Source of the DNA: Patescibacteria group bacterium
GTDB lineage: Bacteria; Patescibacteriota; JAUYIX01; JBHPHK01
Direction: 5' to 3'
NCBI GenBank assembly: GCA_042569365.1
Contig: JBHPHK010000004.1
Location: 6,113 to 70,112, forward strand
DNA length: 64,000 nucleotides
Shown: positions 1 through 9,512 of the stretch, piece by piece
How the letters are laid out: the number at the start of each line of letters is the position of its first letter
How positions within the stretch are numbered: the first letter of the stretch is position 1
Notes under the pieces: model-generated
Database searches by the model: none
What the model was told of the DNA's origin: nothing
What the model saw: the letters and a program-made list of their open reading frames with translations, nothing else
Position numbers and translations under genes: made by a program

Positions 1-489
1 AACCACAAACCCAACCAAAACAGTAAACAAAGTTACAGACCAGACTATAACCCCTCTCTCTAGATTCACAGCCCAGCACAAACTCAAAAGACTGACCGCC
101 ATAAACACAAAAGCAGCGAGCCATAAAGAATGCCATTTCCCGATCTTCCTTCGAAGCTTCAAGTTATAAATCAAATACACAAACCAAGACAGAAGCCAGA
201 CCGCCCCAATGATCCAACTGACGCGAATCGTGTTGCCAGCCAGTTCCCACGACCCCACTTTTTCGTAGGGCAGGAATAACAAAACTGCGTAAAGCCCCCA
301 CGTTGGCACATTCAAAAACATCAAAAACAAAATTGCACTAAAAACAGCACCAACAATCACGAGTCCGACCCAGACCTCCCAAATTCCAGCTACCAAACCA
401 AGCACAAAAGCCAATAGCGCTCCGCTAATCGACAGAATTAATGTCCGTCTGTTTATTCTGTTGTCTAAATTTCGTATAAAGAGAGGCAT
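1..489 (-). CDS. polytopic membrane protein, O-antigen ligase/polymerase-like (3' end outside window)
   Basis: This open frame reaches the left edge and is not in the supplied track. ATG at 489 gives MPLFIRNLDNRINRRTLILSISGALLAFVLGLVAGIWEVWVGLVIVGAVF... with several hydrophobic helices. It overlaps the stop of the upstream GT gene and lies in a GT/flippase operon. The family is guessed from context only. Confidence 0.45.
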   Translation of the reverse strand, partial: MPLFIRNLDNRINRRTLILSISGALLAFVLGLVAGIWEVWVGLVIVGAVFSAILFLMFLNVPTWGLYAVLLFLPYEKVGSWELAGNTIRVSWIIGAVWLLSWFVYLIYNLKLRRKIGKWHSLWLAAFVFMAVSLLSLCWAVNLERGVIVWSVTLFTVLVGFVV

Positions 490-1567
490 GTTGCTTAGCT
501 ATGCTGTCCCAGGAAAAATTATCACTTGCTATTTGAGATCGTCTCTTTAGTTCATCTAGCATTTCCGGTTTATCAATAATCTTCTCGATCGCCTCAGCTA
601 AATCATCAGGCGCATCAGGTTTTACCAGCCAGAGACCATCCAATGTTTTATCAATCATCTTAGCTTCCGTACTTACGACTGGAAGTCCCGCACTGATCAC
701 AGATATCAGCGTACTGCGCCGACTAGTTGCGCCTTCCACAAACGGCAGGACAAATAAATCTACAAGCGCGAGTTCTTCGGCAAGCGTTCGATCACTATAA
801 TCAGCAGGCCATAAAATATCTTCATCCTCAAAATTGTCTTTGAGGAAGTCTTTAATCTTAGCACGATATCGGCCATTGATTAAGTCTTGTTTATCGCTCG
901 TTTCCTGGATCGAATCCAATGCAGACAACAGTGACAACCTATACCGATATCCACGCTCTCTGAGCCTCTGAAGGCTCTCTAGAAGCGTTAATAACCCTTT
1001 ACTAGGCTCCAAGTACCCCCAAAAACCAATCACTATCTCATCAAGCTGCAGGCCTTTCGCCCCTCTTTTTGCCTGAATCTCTTCCTGCGACAATCTCACT
1101 ATCTCAAGATTTGGACCAACCGGGATCGCACTTATCTTTCTTTCCGAAATCAACCAGAGACGAACCATCGCTTCCACAAAACTTTTGTCCGGCACAATAA
1201 TTTGATCAGCCACTACCATCAAAAGCCAAATCTTAAAACGACCCTTCCATGAATACGTCAGGTATTCGTGTACGGTCAATACCATCTTTGCCTTGGTAAA
1301 AAACCTCAACATCCACCACTTGCAAACAAGACCAACCCTCTTACCATAAGCTGAAGTAGGATATTGTAAGTGCACTACATCTATCTTTTCCATCTGAACA
1401 ACTTTTCTTATTTTAGTAAATTGTGATGTGATAATCATGGTCTCGACTCCTTGTGCTCGCAAACTTTCATGCAACCGCTTGGTATATCTTCCCACTCCAC
1501 ACTCGCAGGGAGGGTAAGTCCCCGATACTAAAGCAATCGATTGTTTCTTTAAAGTATTAACCGGCAT
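425..1567 (-). CDS. glycosyltransferase, GT-B fold (GT1/GT4-like)
   Basis: 380-aa ORF. The C-terminal half has a GT4-type nucleotide-sugar pocket pattern (DLFVLPFVEGATSRRSTLISVISAGLPVVST). It overlaps the flippase gene by 11 nt. Confidence 0.8.
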   Translation of the reverse strand: MPVNTLKKQSIALVSGTYPPCECGVGRYTKRLHESLRAQGVETMIITSQFTKIRKVVQMEKIDVVHLQYPTSAYGKRVGLVCKWWMLRFFTKAKMVLTVHEYLTYSWKGRFKIWLLMVVADQIIVPDKSFVEAMVRLWLISERKISAIPVGPNLEIVRLSQEEIQAKRGAKGLQLDEIVIGFWGYLEPSKGLLTLLESLQRLRERGYRYRLSLLSALDSIQETSDKQDLINGRYRAKIKDFLKDNFEDEDILWPADYSDRTLAEELALVDLFVLPFVEGATSRRSTLISVISAGLPVVSTEAKMIDKTLDGLWLVKPDAPDDLAEAIEKIIDKPEMLDELKRRSQIASDNFSWDSIAKQHASLYTKFRQQNKQTDINSVD

Positions 1568-3005
1568 CGGAACTTCTTATGTTTAGCATCCTACGAACGT
1601 CGCCCGGCGTGATCGCCCTCAAGACGAAAAGTAATCCGCCATATACGATGGCCGCGATCACAACAATCACAAATATATTCCAGTCGCGGACAAGCCAAAT
1701 CACTCCGCCCATGACTGCTGTCGCCACGATCACTGGCGCCCATATTTTTAATGGCGGCCAAGTCTTGAAATAGCGCCCCACTAATATAAATGCAACGACC
1801 GCTACCAAAGCCTCTACGCCCACCGTTGTTATCGCAGCTCCTGTATAACTATACAGTGGGATCGCGATAAAGTTGCTGACCAAGCTCAAGACTGCGCCCA
1901 CTCCAAATATCAAAGTCAAAGATTTAATCCTTTCGCCCGCCACAAAAGCTTGGCTAGCAAGATTTCCTACAAACATAAACGGAATCGACAAGATTATGAT
2001 CTGTAAAACAAATGCCGACTCGGCATACTCACCGCCCGCGATCACCTCGATAATTTTTGGTGCAGTCAAGATCACCCCCACCACTACCGGAACAGAAATT
2101 ATAAGTAATAGTTCAAAAGTTTTGCGAAATACTCGGCGGAAACGTTCACGATTACGATTGACGAAGTGGGTCAGCGTCCCCAGCACCAACCCTGTGATGA
2201 TTGCGGGGAATGCCACCAAAATATCCACCACCTTGAACGCCGCTCCATAAATACCAACATCCGCCTCCGGTTTAAACCAGGAAAGAATAATCGTATCAAA
2301 ATGAAAATAAATAATATTCAAAACGATGGCGGCGGCAAGCGGTACCGCAAGCTTCAGGATTCGCTTCCAAATGGTAAAGTCAAAAGCAAAACCAACTTTA
2401 ACATAACGCCGCGCAAATAAGATATTAATCAGCAAAGCTATCAAGTTTCCGGCCACCAAAACCCACATCACACTGAGCAGACCCGCCTGCAGATAAACCA
2501 CCAACACAACTCCTGCCAAAAAGATTATTCTTCCGACTACTTCAGAAAATGCCAGCTTCCAAGCCGTAAATTTATATTGAAAAATGGCGGCATAAAGACT
2601 CGTCTGCTGCAAAAATAAATAAGATAAGATGCCGACCCAGATACCGACCTTGACCACCAAAGGATAAGGAATAAACCAAGCAATCGCACCGCCGATCACA
2701 AAAAATCCTACCGTTAGTGTAAGACGCAGCGCGGTTACATTTCTAAACAGACGACTCTGTTCGATCTTACCGTCGGCAAACTCCCTGATCGTTATCGCGA
2801 ACAATCCAAAATCAGCCAAGATCGCAAAGAATCCTAGATAAGCCATGATCGTCGAATACTGACCAAAGGCATCGCGCCCCAAATAGCGCGTCAAGATCGC
2901 AAATGTTATCAGCCCGACTATCAGTCCCAGAATCTTCCCTACAAACTGATATACAGTATTTGAAGCGACTTTCGACGTTAAAGTTTTCTCTTGTTTATCT
3001 GGCAT
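1557..3005 (-). CDS. polysaccharide flippase (MOP/Wzx family)
   Basis: 482-aa ORF that is almost entirely hydrophobic helices (about 12-14 TM). Length and pattern are typical of Wzx/MurJ-like exporters, and it forms an operon with the GT. Confidence 0.8.
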   Translation of the reverse strand: MPDKQEKTLTSKVASNTVYQFVGKILGLIVGLITFAILTRYLGRDAFGQYSTIMAYLGFFAILADFGLFAITIREFADGKIEQSRLFRNVTALRLTLTVGFFVIGGAIAWFIPYPLVVKVGIWVGILSYLFLQQTSLYAAIFQYKFTAWKLAFSEVVGRIIFLAGVVLVVYLQAGLLSVMWVLVAGNLIALLINILFARRYVKVGFAFDFTIWKRILKLAVPLAAAIVLNIIYFHFDTIILSWFKPEADVGIYGAAFKVVDILVAFPAIITGLVLGTLTHFVNRNRERFRRVFRKTFELLLIISVPVVVGVILTAPKIIEVIAGGEYAESAFVLQIIILSIPFMFVGNLASQAFVAGERIKSLTLIFGVGAVLSLVSNFIAIPLYSYTGAAITTVGVEALVAVVAFILVGRYFKTWPPLKIWAPVIVATAVMGGVIWLVRDWNIFVIVVIAAIVYGGLLFVLRAITPGDVRRMLNIRSSDAG

Positions 3006-3023
3006 AACTAAAAACTCAGTGGT

Positions 3024-3052
3024 TTATTACGTTTTCTATTATACCTTGTCAA
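3024..3052 (-). promoter_or_regulatory. sigma70-type promoter for flippase operon
   Basis: The minus strand reads TTGACA-17 nt-TAATAA and ends about 18 nt upstream of the ATG at 3005. Confidence 0.5.
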
Positions 3053-3222
3053 GCCCAAATATCCATGCTGATTTATTAAATTAGTTGGGAACGATCATTT
3101 GTCTGCACCAAAAGCAACACATTGATGTTGATCGTGACATATCTACCCGGACGCAAATAAGTAGTCCTTTATTTAACGCCGAGCGCTAAAAACGCTCGGT
3201 TTCTATTACCCGCAAATCACCC

Positions 3223-3251
3223 TTGACAGGAATCAAAAGGTCTGATACAAT
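3223..3251 (+). promoter_or_regulatory. sigma70-type promoter (TTGACA-17-TACAAT)
   Basis: Exact -35 hexamer, 17-nt spacer and TACAAT -10. It faces a 70-nt three-hairpin leader and the 53-aa ORF. Confidence 0.55.
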
Positions 3252-3325
3252 GCGCGGATTTTAAATCCAGACCAGTTATTAATATTGGTTAATTTACTGG
3301 TCATAAGGCCTCTAAGGCCACTCCT

Positions 3326-3487
3326 ATGAACCTAACTCACACTCAAACTATCTTCAAACTCGCCCTGCTTTTTGTTGTACTAACCATTCCTTTGCTTTGG
3401 TTTTTGAGTCAGAGAAACATTGCTGCCTCAATTATCGAGCTACAACAAAACAGCCGCGATAGCTTTGGCGAGATTCTAAATATCTAA
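3326..3487 (+). CDS. small single-TM protein (53 aa), hypothetical
   Basis: The ORF MNLTHTQTIFKLALLFVVLTIPLLWFLSQRNIAASIIELQQNSRDSFGEILNI is below the track cutoff. It lies downstream of the consensus promoter and has one clear hydrophobic helix but no SD. Confidence 0.35.
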   Translation: MNLTHTQTIFKLALLFVVLTIPLLWFLSQRNIAASIIELQQNSRDSFGEILNI

Positions 3488-3489
3488 TT

Positions 3490-4068
3490 TTAGTTAAGTT
3501 TCCTTTGCTGAACCTCCTGGGCACTCGTCTCCAGGAGGATTTTTTCTTTGGCTGTATTTAATATTTTCAAACGACTCCTAGCCTCCGGATCCTTCACGAT
3601 TAATGCCTCTTTATAAAAAGCTAGGACCTCATCGATAGATATTTGCCGTTCTTCATTGTCTCCGCGGCCAGGTAATCCCTTTATCAAAACTATCAGATCC
3701 GTGATCTGCCCCGTATTAAGATCAAAGTGATAATTGATAACGTCTCCCAGATAGCGATTTGCTTCCGTTACCACCTTTTGTCCCAAAACCACAACTCCTT
3801 CTTGGTAGATTTTCTGGGTATAATCATCCTCTTTAAGGTTCATAACCTGCGCAGCAGTTCCTATCTGCGCCGCTTGATCATCAATAGATATAACTGCATC
3901 AAACAAAACAAATTTTGCAGCTTTCAAAAGCCTAGCACGCTTAAAAAGCAGAGCATGTAGCCTTCTTTGTTTCGGATCAATGATGATTTTTTCAACGGTT
4001 CCCTCAATATCCTCTTCATCGCGCACCTTTATTGGTAAGCCTATGATTTGTTTTGCTTTGTGTAACAT
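3490..4068 (-). CDS. PRC-barrel-like domain protein (two repeats), hypothetical
   Basis: 192-aa ORF with two similar segments (GLPIKV..GTVEKIIIDP..; LGQKVV..LGDVINYHFDLNTGQITDLIV) that resemble YlmC/YmxH PRC-barrel proteins. The call is by motif only. Confidence 0.5.
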   Translation of the reverse strand: MLHKAKQIIGLPIKVRDEEDIEGTVEKIIIDPKQRRLHALLFKRARLLKAAKFVLFDAVISIDDQAAQIGTAAQVMNLKEDDYTQKIYQEGVVVLGQKVVTEANRYLGDVINYHFDLNTGQITDLIVLIKGLPGRGDNEERQISIDEVLAFYKEALIVKDPEARSRLKILNTAKEKILLETSAQEVQQRKLN

Positions 4069-4152
4069 ACATCTATCTTATGTTTTCTGTTAAAGACGAG
4101 CAAGCAACAAAAAAGGATCTCTATTGCGAGATCCTTCTTTTTGTTTGGATAA

Positions 4153-4713
4153 TTATTTCTTAGCCGGCTTAACAATCACTCTGCGATCAGGCCCTGTGCC
4201 TTCGCTTTCCGTTTCAACGTAGCTGTTGTCTCCAAGAACTACATGCACAATCCTGCGCTCATAAGCATCCAGGGGAGGAAGCTCTACCTCATCTTCCGTA
4301 GTCGTACAAAGCTCTGCTGCTTCTTTCGCCATATCACGAATTTCCTGCCAACGTTCAGCGCGATAATCATTAATATCTATCACGAAACGTGGCATATCTT
4401 CAATGTTCTCCTGCTTAAACCTATGTCCTGTCATCAAACGAATAAGATACTGTAGTTCCATTAGATTTGCGCCGTGTTTGCCGATCAAGAGGGGAGCATC
4501 CTCCATCTCAATTCGACAAGTCAGAGAATCTGCTTCGCCTGGCTGCGTCTCTACGACAACTTCGGCTGAAAAGCCCATCTTTTCCAGCACATCTTCAATC
4601 GTATCATTAATAATCTCTGCCACTGATGCCTTAGAGCTTGCTGCCGGAGCTTTTGCTTCTGCCTTCTTAGCCGGCTTACTCTTTTTCTTCTTGAACTTCA
4701 ATAATGGTGTCAT
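4153..4713 (-). CDS. jag: Jag/KhpB RNA-binding protein (KH + R3H domains)
   Basis: The KH-like segment LLIGKHGANLMELQYLIRLM and the R3H-like C-terminus ERRIVHVVL...DRRVIVKP are present. It holds the conserved position after yidC. Confidence 0.85.
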   Translation of the reverse strand: MTPLLKFKKKKSKPAKKAEAKAPAASSKASVAEIINDTIEDVLEKMGFSAEVVVETQPGEADSLTCRIEMEDAPLLIGKHGANLMELQYLIRLMTGHRFKQENIEDMPRFVIDINDYRAERWQEIRDMAKEAAELCTTTEDEVELPPLDAYERRIVHVVLGDNSYVETESEGTGPDRRVIVKPAKK

Positions 4714-5476
4714 CTTTTTTATCGTTAGTGTTTGGATTGCGTTTTTCCTGATACAGAATCAAGCCCTGTTGTGCCATAGCAATCAAGCTGCGCGCTGCCC
4801 AATAAAGAGCTAGGCCCGCCGGCAAAACAAAACCGAACCAGACCGTAATCAACGGGGTGATAAACATCATGTTCTTGGTCATAGCCTCTGACATGATGCC
4901 ACGACCTTTTTTCTTCGGTTTTGCAAGAGTCTTATCTTGCTTGCGCTTCCACATCATAAACCAAGTCTGACCAAACTGGAACAGACCGGCTAGGATCGCG
5001 AAGATCCAGTTGCGTGTTGCTGCTAAATCCATGCCGAAGAAGTATGTATTCAGTTCTCCTGGAGATTTAACCCAGCTATACAGAACTGTTTCATCTAATG
5101 CGATGTCCGACAAGATTCCGCGCCTTAAAGCCTGATACAAACCAATCAAGACAATACCCTGGATGATCAAAGGCAAACAGGACGCAAAAGGACTGACTTT
5201 GTTTTCTTTGTAAAACTTCATCATCTCCTGACTCTGTTTTTGCTTGTCGTCCTTGTATTTTTCCTTGATCTCGTTCAGTTTTGGTTGAACTTGCTGCATC
5301 GCACGCTGCGCCTTGAATCCTTTCTGAGAAACAGGCCACAAGACAATGCTAATAATTACAGTAAGTAAGATAATCGACCAACCTAAACTTTCGCCTGGAA
5401 GAAAATTATAAAAATAGACCAATAGGTTAAGAATCGGCTCGAAGAGAATCTTATTGAATATATCGATAAATATCAT
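4676..5476 (-). CDS. yidC: membrane protein insertase YidC (short form)
   Basis: 266 aa with the YidC/Oxa1 core pattern (QPKLNEIKEKYKDDKQKQSQEMMKFYKENKVSPFASCLPLIIQ) and a basic C-tail. It follows the rnpA-yidD-yidC synteny. Confidence 0.9.
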   Translation of the reverse strand: MIFIDIFNKILFEPILNLLVYFYNFLPGESLGWSIILLTVIISIVLWPVSQKGFKAQRAMQQVQPKLNEIKEKYKDDKQKQSQEMMKFYKENKVSPFASCLPLIIQGIVLIGLYQALRRGILSDIALDETVLYSWVKSPGELNTYFFGMDLAATRNWIFAILAGLFQFGQTWFMMWKRKQDKTLAKPKKKGRGIMSEAMTKNMMFITPLITVWFGFVLPAGLALYWAARSLIAMAQQGLILYQEKRNPNTNDKKDDTIIEVQEEKE

Positions 5477-5498
5477 GTTTTATTTTGAGATTAATAAT

Positions 5499-5831
5499 TT
5501 AAGAAAAGGTTTGTGCGGTCTCCGCTTCTATCTTTTGCGTGTTATTTTTTGGTGGAACCTCATCAATCCCGCCGCCGCTCCAGGGATTACACCGCAGTAT
5601 GCGTGCTGTCCCTAAGATAAAACCACCGACAACCCCGTGCTTTAAGACGGATTGTCTGCAGTATTCTGAGCAGGTGGGATGATAACGACAATAACCTTTT
5701 GTGAAAAAATGCCTTACCCAGCTGTGATCTGGCGATATCGTAACCTGATATAGACGAATTAAATAAGCTAAAACAAGACTCGGCAATCCAAGCGCTTGTT
5801 TTATGAATGATTTAATTATGTTTGAGGCCAT
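5499..5831 (-). CDS. yidD: membrane protein insertion efficiency factor YidD
   Basis: It carries the hallmark CRYHPTCSEY...RCNPWSGGGIDEVP. Confidence 0.9.
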   Translation of the reverse strand: MASNIIKSFIKQALGLPSLVLAYLIRLYQVTISPDHSWVRHFFTKGYCRYHPTCSEYCRQSVLKHGVVGGFILGTARILRCNPWSGGGIDEVPPKNNTQKIEAETAQTFS

Positions 5832-6172
5832 ATTTTTGATCTTTTCAATAATGTGTAAATTTCTGCCTCAATCTCTTGATAGGTTTTCCCGGCAAAATCG
5901 CTGCGCACAACAATTATAAAGAGTAAGTTTGCCGGCAATTCATCAATTATGCTTTCTATAATAGAGCGGACCTGGCGTTTGATTCTATTCCTGTCCGTAG
6001 CTTTCTTCGCAACCTTTTTACTAACCACGATCGTGCCTCGGGGAGGGTATTCCACACCATCTTTTTCCCATGAAACATGAATTGTAGCATCCTTACTATG
6101 GAAACGGCGCCCTTCCTTGAATATACGGTCTATTTGGCGCTGTTTGCGTAATCTATTGTGACGTTTGAGCAT
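5816..6172 (-). CDS. rnpA: RNase P protein component
   Basis: 118 aa, basic, with the motif VSKKVAKKATDRNRIKRQVR. It lies directly downstream of rpmH. Confidence 0.85.
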   Translation of the reverse strand: MLKRHNRLRKQRQIDRIFKEGRRFHSKDATIHVSWEKDGVEYPPRGTIVVSKKVAKKATDRNRIKRQVRSIIESIIDELPANLLFIIVVRSDFAGKTYQEIEAEIYTLLKRSKIWPQT

Positions 6173-6222
6173 GTTGATAGGTTGAGGAAATCCTCCCTAT
6201 TTATCAACAGGAAGATAAAAAA

Positions 6223-6360
6223 TTAGACCGCTAATCGCTTACGGTTTTTTTGGCGGCGTTTTGATAATACACGACGACCTGTTGTTGAGCTGCTCCTCTT
6301 ACGAAAACCGTGAATTTTTGCTCGACGGCGCTTTCTGGGCTGATATGTACGTTTTGGCAT
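6223..6360 (-). CDS. rpmH: 50S ribosomal protein L34
   Basis: This ORF is not in the track (45 aa). The reverse strand translates to [45 protein letters not shown], a canonical L34 sequence. Confidence 0.9.
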   Translation of the reverse strand: MPKRTYQPRKRRRAKIHGFRKRSSSTTGRRVLSKRRQKNRKRLAV

Positions 6361-6610
6361 TGTCTTATAACAAATTCAGTAAATCGGCTCTCATCTTAGC
6401 AAGGGATCGCCTTTCAGTCAAAGCATTTTTGAAAAATCAAATTTCTTGTTATTTTCAAACATTTACTTATCCAAAAAGTACTCCACAAAGTTTTCCACTG
6501 TTGAAAAATTATGACTATATCAAGCGAAATAACATGCACTACTTTTTTGTTTTCCACATGAGTGGTATACTGAATTTTGTTGATGTACTTATTTGATTAA
6601 TTTAAAGAGG
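6361..6610. promoter_or_regulatory. dnaA upstream region with DnaA-box-like 9-mers (origin half / dnaA autoregulation)
   Basis: The boxes are TTATCCAAA (6467..6475), TTTTCCACT (6491..6499) and TTTTCCACA (6550..6558), against the consensus TTATCCACA. The region is AT-rich and lies between divergent rpmH and dnaA. Confidence 0.5.
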
Positions 6611-8032
6611 ATGGATCCACAAAAGACTTGGCAAGCCACACTGGGCGAGCTTGAGCTTTCTATTAGTAAAGCAAACTTCACTACATGGTTTCGTAATACA
6701 TTTATCATGGAATGGAATGATGAAGAGGTAGTTATCGGTGTTCCAAATGCATTTACTAAAGAGTGGCTGGAAAATAAGTATCACAAAGAGATTTTTCGCT
6801 CTATTAATAGCGTCGTCAACGGAACAGTCCGCCGTGTCCGCTATGAAATAGGAAGCCTGCGCAACGCAGAGCAACATGCCAACGTTTTAGTTAGCGCCCA
6901 AGAGAATCAAATGGGTGATTCTTACAATTCTAGCGATTCAGAATCCTCTACAACCCAACCTTTTGGAAACGTCAGCATCGAAACTACCATGCCGGGCGTC
7001 GATCGCAACACCAACCTAAACCCACGCTTCACTTTTGACGATTATGTAGTCGGGCCAAGTAACGAGCTAGCTCAAGCAGCTGCTCAGTCAGTTTCATTGA
7101 GTCCCGGCACAACATATAATCCTTTATTTATGTACGGCGCCGTGGGGATCGGCAAGACTCATTTGATGCACGCCATTGGAAACGAAATCGTAAAAAATTT
7201 CCCGGAAAGAAATATTTTATACGTCACATCTGAAGCTTTCACAAATGATTTTGTCGAATCCGTCCGCAACAAAACAATGGCGAGCTTCAAAGAACGCTTC
7301 CGTAACCTCGACCTTTTGATAGTTGATGATATTCAGTTCCTCTCAACCAAAGAACAGACCCGCGAAGAGTTTTTCCATACTTTCAACGCTATTACTAGCC
7401 ATGGCGGTCAGATCGTCATCAGCTCTGACCAGCCACCTAAGTCTATTCCTACTATTGAAGATCGTCTCCGCTCTCGTTTTGAAGGCGGCATGATCGTTGA
7501 TATTGGCATTCCAGAGCTCGAAACTCGCCTAGCCATCTTAAATAAGAAGGTTGCTGAGTCAGAATTAGAGTTTCCTGATGATGTCTTAGAATACGTGGCC
7601 CAAAACGTGCGCCAGAGCGTCAGAGAGCTTGAAGGCGTTCTCAACCGCATTATCGCTACCAGCCAGCTTAAAGGCATCCCACCAGCACTAGAAGACGCGA
7701 AGAACGTCCTAGCAACCGTAGCAGCCAGTCCTAAGAAGCGCGCCATTTCTCCAAAACGTATCCTTGAGATCGTTTCACAATTTTATGACGTTGACGTTGA
7801 TGTTATTAAAGGCAAGTGCCGTAAAAAGGAAATTGTCCGCCCTCGTCAAATTTCAATGTATCTTATGCGTGAAGAATCGCACACAAGCTATCCAACAATT
7901 GGACAAGAGCTTGGCAATAAAGACCACACAACCGCCATGCACGCTGTAGATAAGATCACAAGAAATCTGGAAGAAGATGAAGAACTGCGCCAAGAAATTG
8001 ATTTGATTAGACAGCGCCTTTACCTTCCGTAA
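6611..8032 (+). CDS. dnaA: chromosomal replication initiator DnaA
   Basis: It has the Walker A motif GAVGIGKTHL, an AAA+ core and the C-terminal DNA-binding helix (HTTAMHAVDKI). The track ORF starts at a TTG at 6593, and I prefer ATG 6611 (MDPQKTW). Confidence 0.95.
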   Translation: MDPQKTWQATLGELELSISKANFTTWFRNTFIMEWNDEEVVIGVPNAFTKEWLENKYHKEIFRSINSVVNGTVRRVRYEIGSLRNAEQHANVLVSAQENQMGDSYNSSDSESSTTQPFGNVSIETTMPGVDRNTNLNPRFTFDDYVVGPSNELAQAAAQSVSLSPGTTYNPLFMYGAVGIGKTHLMHAIGNEIVKNFPERNILYVTSEAFTNDFVESVRNKTMASFKERFRNLDLLIVDDIQFLSTKEQTREEFFHTFNAITSHGGQIVISSDQPPKSIPTIEDRLRSRFEGGMIVDIGIPELETRLAILNKKVAESELEFPDDVLEYVAQNVRQSVRELEGVLNRIIATSQLKGIPPALEDAKNVLATVAASPKKRAISPKRILEIVSQFYDVDVDVIKGKCRKKEIVRPRQISMYLMREESHTSYPTIGQELGNKDHTTAMHAVDKITRNLEEDEELRQEIDLIRQRLYLP

Positions 8033-8326
8033 AATAAAAATAAAATAAAATAAAAATATTTTTGACTAACTTTAGTAGAGTGGATATCTACTGGATAGTT
8101 TATGAATAACAACTTGATATGTCTGGTGAGAAAGTGAATAAAAAATCACTCCCCTCTAAACCCTCTGACTTATACACCTCTCTCCACACAAACTATCACT
8201 AACTTCTTCATCTTCTATCCACCTCAATTATCAATCAGTTAAGTAAAAATACTTACCTTTACCCAGTTTCCACACTACTACAATTACTACCACTATATTT
8301 ATATAATATAATTTATTAATAATAGT
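8033..8326. promoter_or_regulatory. putative oriC (dnaA-dnaN intergenic)
   Basis: An A-tract/AT-rich run (AAAATAAAAATAAAATAAAATAAAAATATTTTT, 8033..8065) is a candidate unwinding element. It is followed by at least 5 DnaA-box-like sites: GTGGATAT 8080..8087, TCTCCACA 8181..8188, CTATCCACC 8215..8223, GTTTCCACA 8266..8274 and TGGATAG at about 8092. Confidence 0.6.
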
Positions 8327-9445
8327 ATGCGATTTGTTTGTACTCAAGAAAATCTAAACTCAGTATTAAATATTGTTGCGAGAGCAGTAACTAAAGATAA
8401 TACTTTACCAATTTTAGGAAATATTCTTATTAAAACAGAAGATGGTGGTTTAAGATTGGCCGCGACAAATCTCGAGATTGGTGTGAGAACTATTGTGAGA
8501 GGTCGTGTAGAAGAAGAGGGTGAGTTTACAGTACCTGCTAAATTATTGGTTGATTATGTTAATAATCTTCCGAAAGAGAGAATTACACTGCGTCAAAAGG
8601 AAAATACTCTCGAAATAGAAACTAAACAAAACACAGCCAAGCTTCAGGGCTCTGCAGCAGATGAATTTCCATTGATTCCAGTAGTGCAAGACAAAAAAGT
8701 AGCTGATGTTTTGATAAGCGACTTAAAAATCAGTCTCCAACAAACAGTTTTCGCAGCTGCACAGGATACATCACGTCCTGAAATCGCAGGTCTCTATATT
8801 GGCTTTGAAGATAACCAACTTAGAATTGCAGGTACGGACAGTTTTCGTTTGGCAGAAAAGATTATGTCGGCAAAAAATGTCGCTACAGACGAGTCGCCGA
8901 TTATTTTACCAACCAGAGCCGCACAAGAACTTTCTCGTATCTTAGACAGCAGCACAGAGCGCGAGGAGACAGTTGCAATTTACTTATCACAAAACCAAAT
9001 TCTCTTTAAATTCGGCGATATTGAATTCACTTCTCGTTTGGTAGAAGGAAAATTCCCGGATTACCAACAAATTATTCCACAAGAGTTCAATACAGATGCC
9101 GTTGTGGACCAGGATACTCTCACGCGCGCCTTAAAAACAACAGGCTTGTTTGCGCGTACCGGATCCAATCAACTCAATCTCACTTTCGATGGAGAGCACA
9201 AAAAATTGCAGTTAGCAGCGCGTGCAGATCAGTTGGGAGAAAACCAGGCAGAGGTTCCAGCGAAAGTAACAGGACGAACAGAGACAATTGTCCTTAATTA
9301 TCAATATCTTTTGGATGGACTAGCGGCAGTATCTGCTCAAGAGGTAACTTTGAAAATAAACGACACCCAAAATCCGATAATGTTGAAATCACACGGCACA
9401 GGCAAGGGAGGATTCCTCTATCTTATAATGCCGATAAAAGCATAG
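8327..9445 (+). CDS. dnaN: DNA polymerase III beta sliding clamp
   Basis: 372 aa. Both the N-terminus (MRFVCTQENLNSVLNIVARAV) and the overall pattern are typical of DnaN, and it follows dnaA. Confidence 0.95.
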   Translation: MRFVCTQENLNSVLNIVARAVTKDNTLPILGNILIKTEDGGLRLAATNLEIGVRTIVRGRVEEEGEFTVPAKLLVDYVNNLPKERITLRQKENTLEIETKQNTAKLQGSAADEFPLIPVVQDKKVADVLISDLKISLQQTVFAAAQDTSRPEIAGLYIGFEDNQLRIAGTDSFRLAEKIMSAKNVATDESPIILPTRAAQELSRILDSSTEREETVAIYLSQNQILFKFGDIEFTSRLVEGKFPDYQQIIPQEFNTDAVVDQDTLTRALKTTGLFARTGSNQLNLTFDGEHKKLQLAARADQLGENQAEVPAKVTGRTETIVLNYQYLLDGLAAVSAQEVTLKINDTQNPIMLKSHGTGKGGFLYLIMPIKA

Positions 9446-9512
9446 ACATTTCTTCAAAAACGTGTAATATCTAGATGCGGGGGCAGATGGGCTAGCTGAC
9501 TCTTTTTTATCA

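Noticed and set aside
6261-6596. 111-aa plus-strand track ORF between rnpA and dnaA
   Set aside because: It is antisense to the clear rpmH (L34) coding sequence and runs through the DnaA-box region. Its composition is not protein-like.
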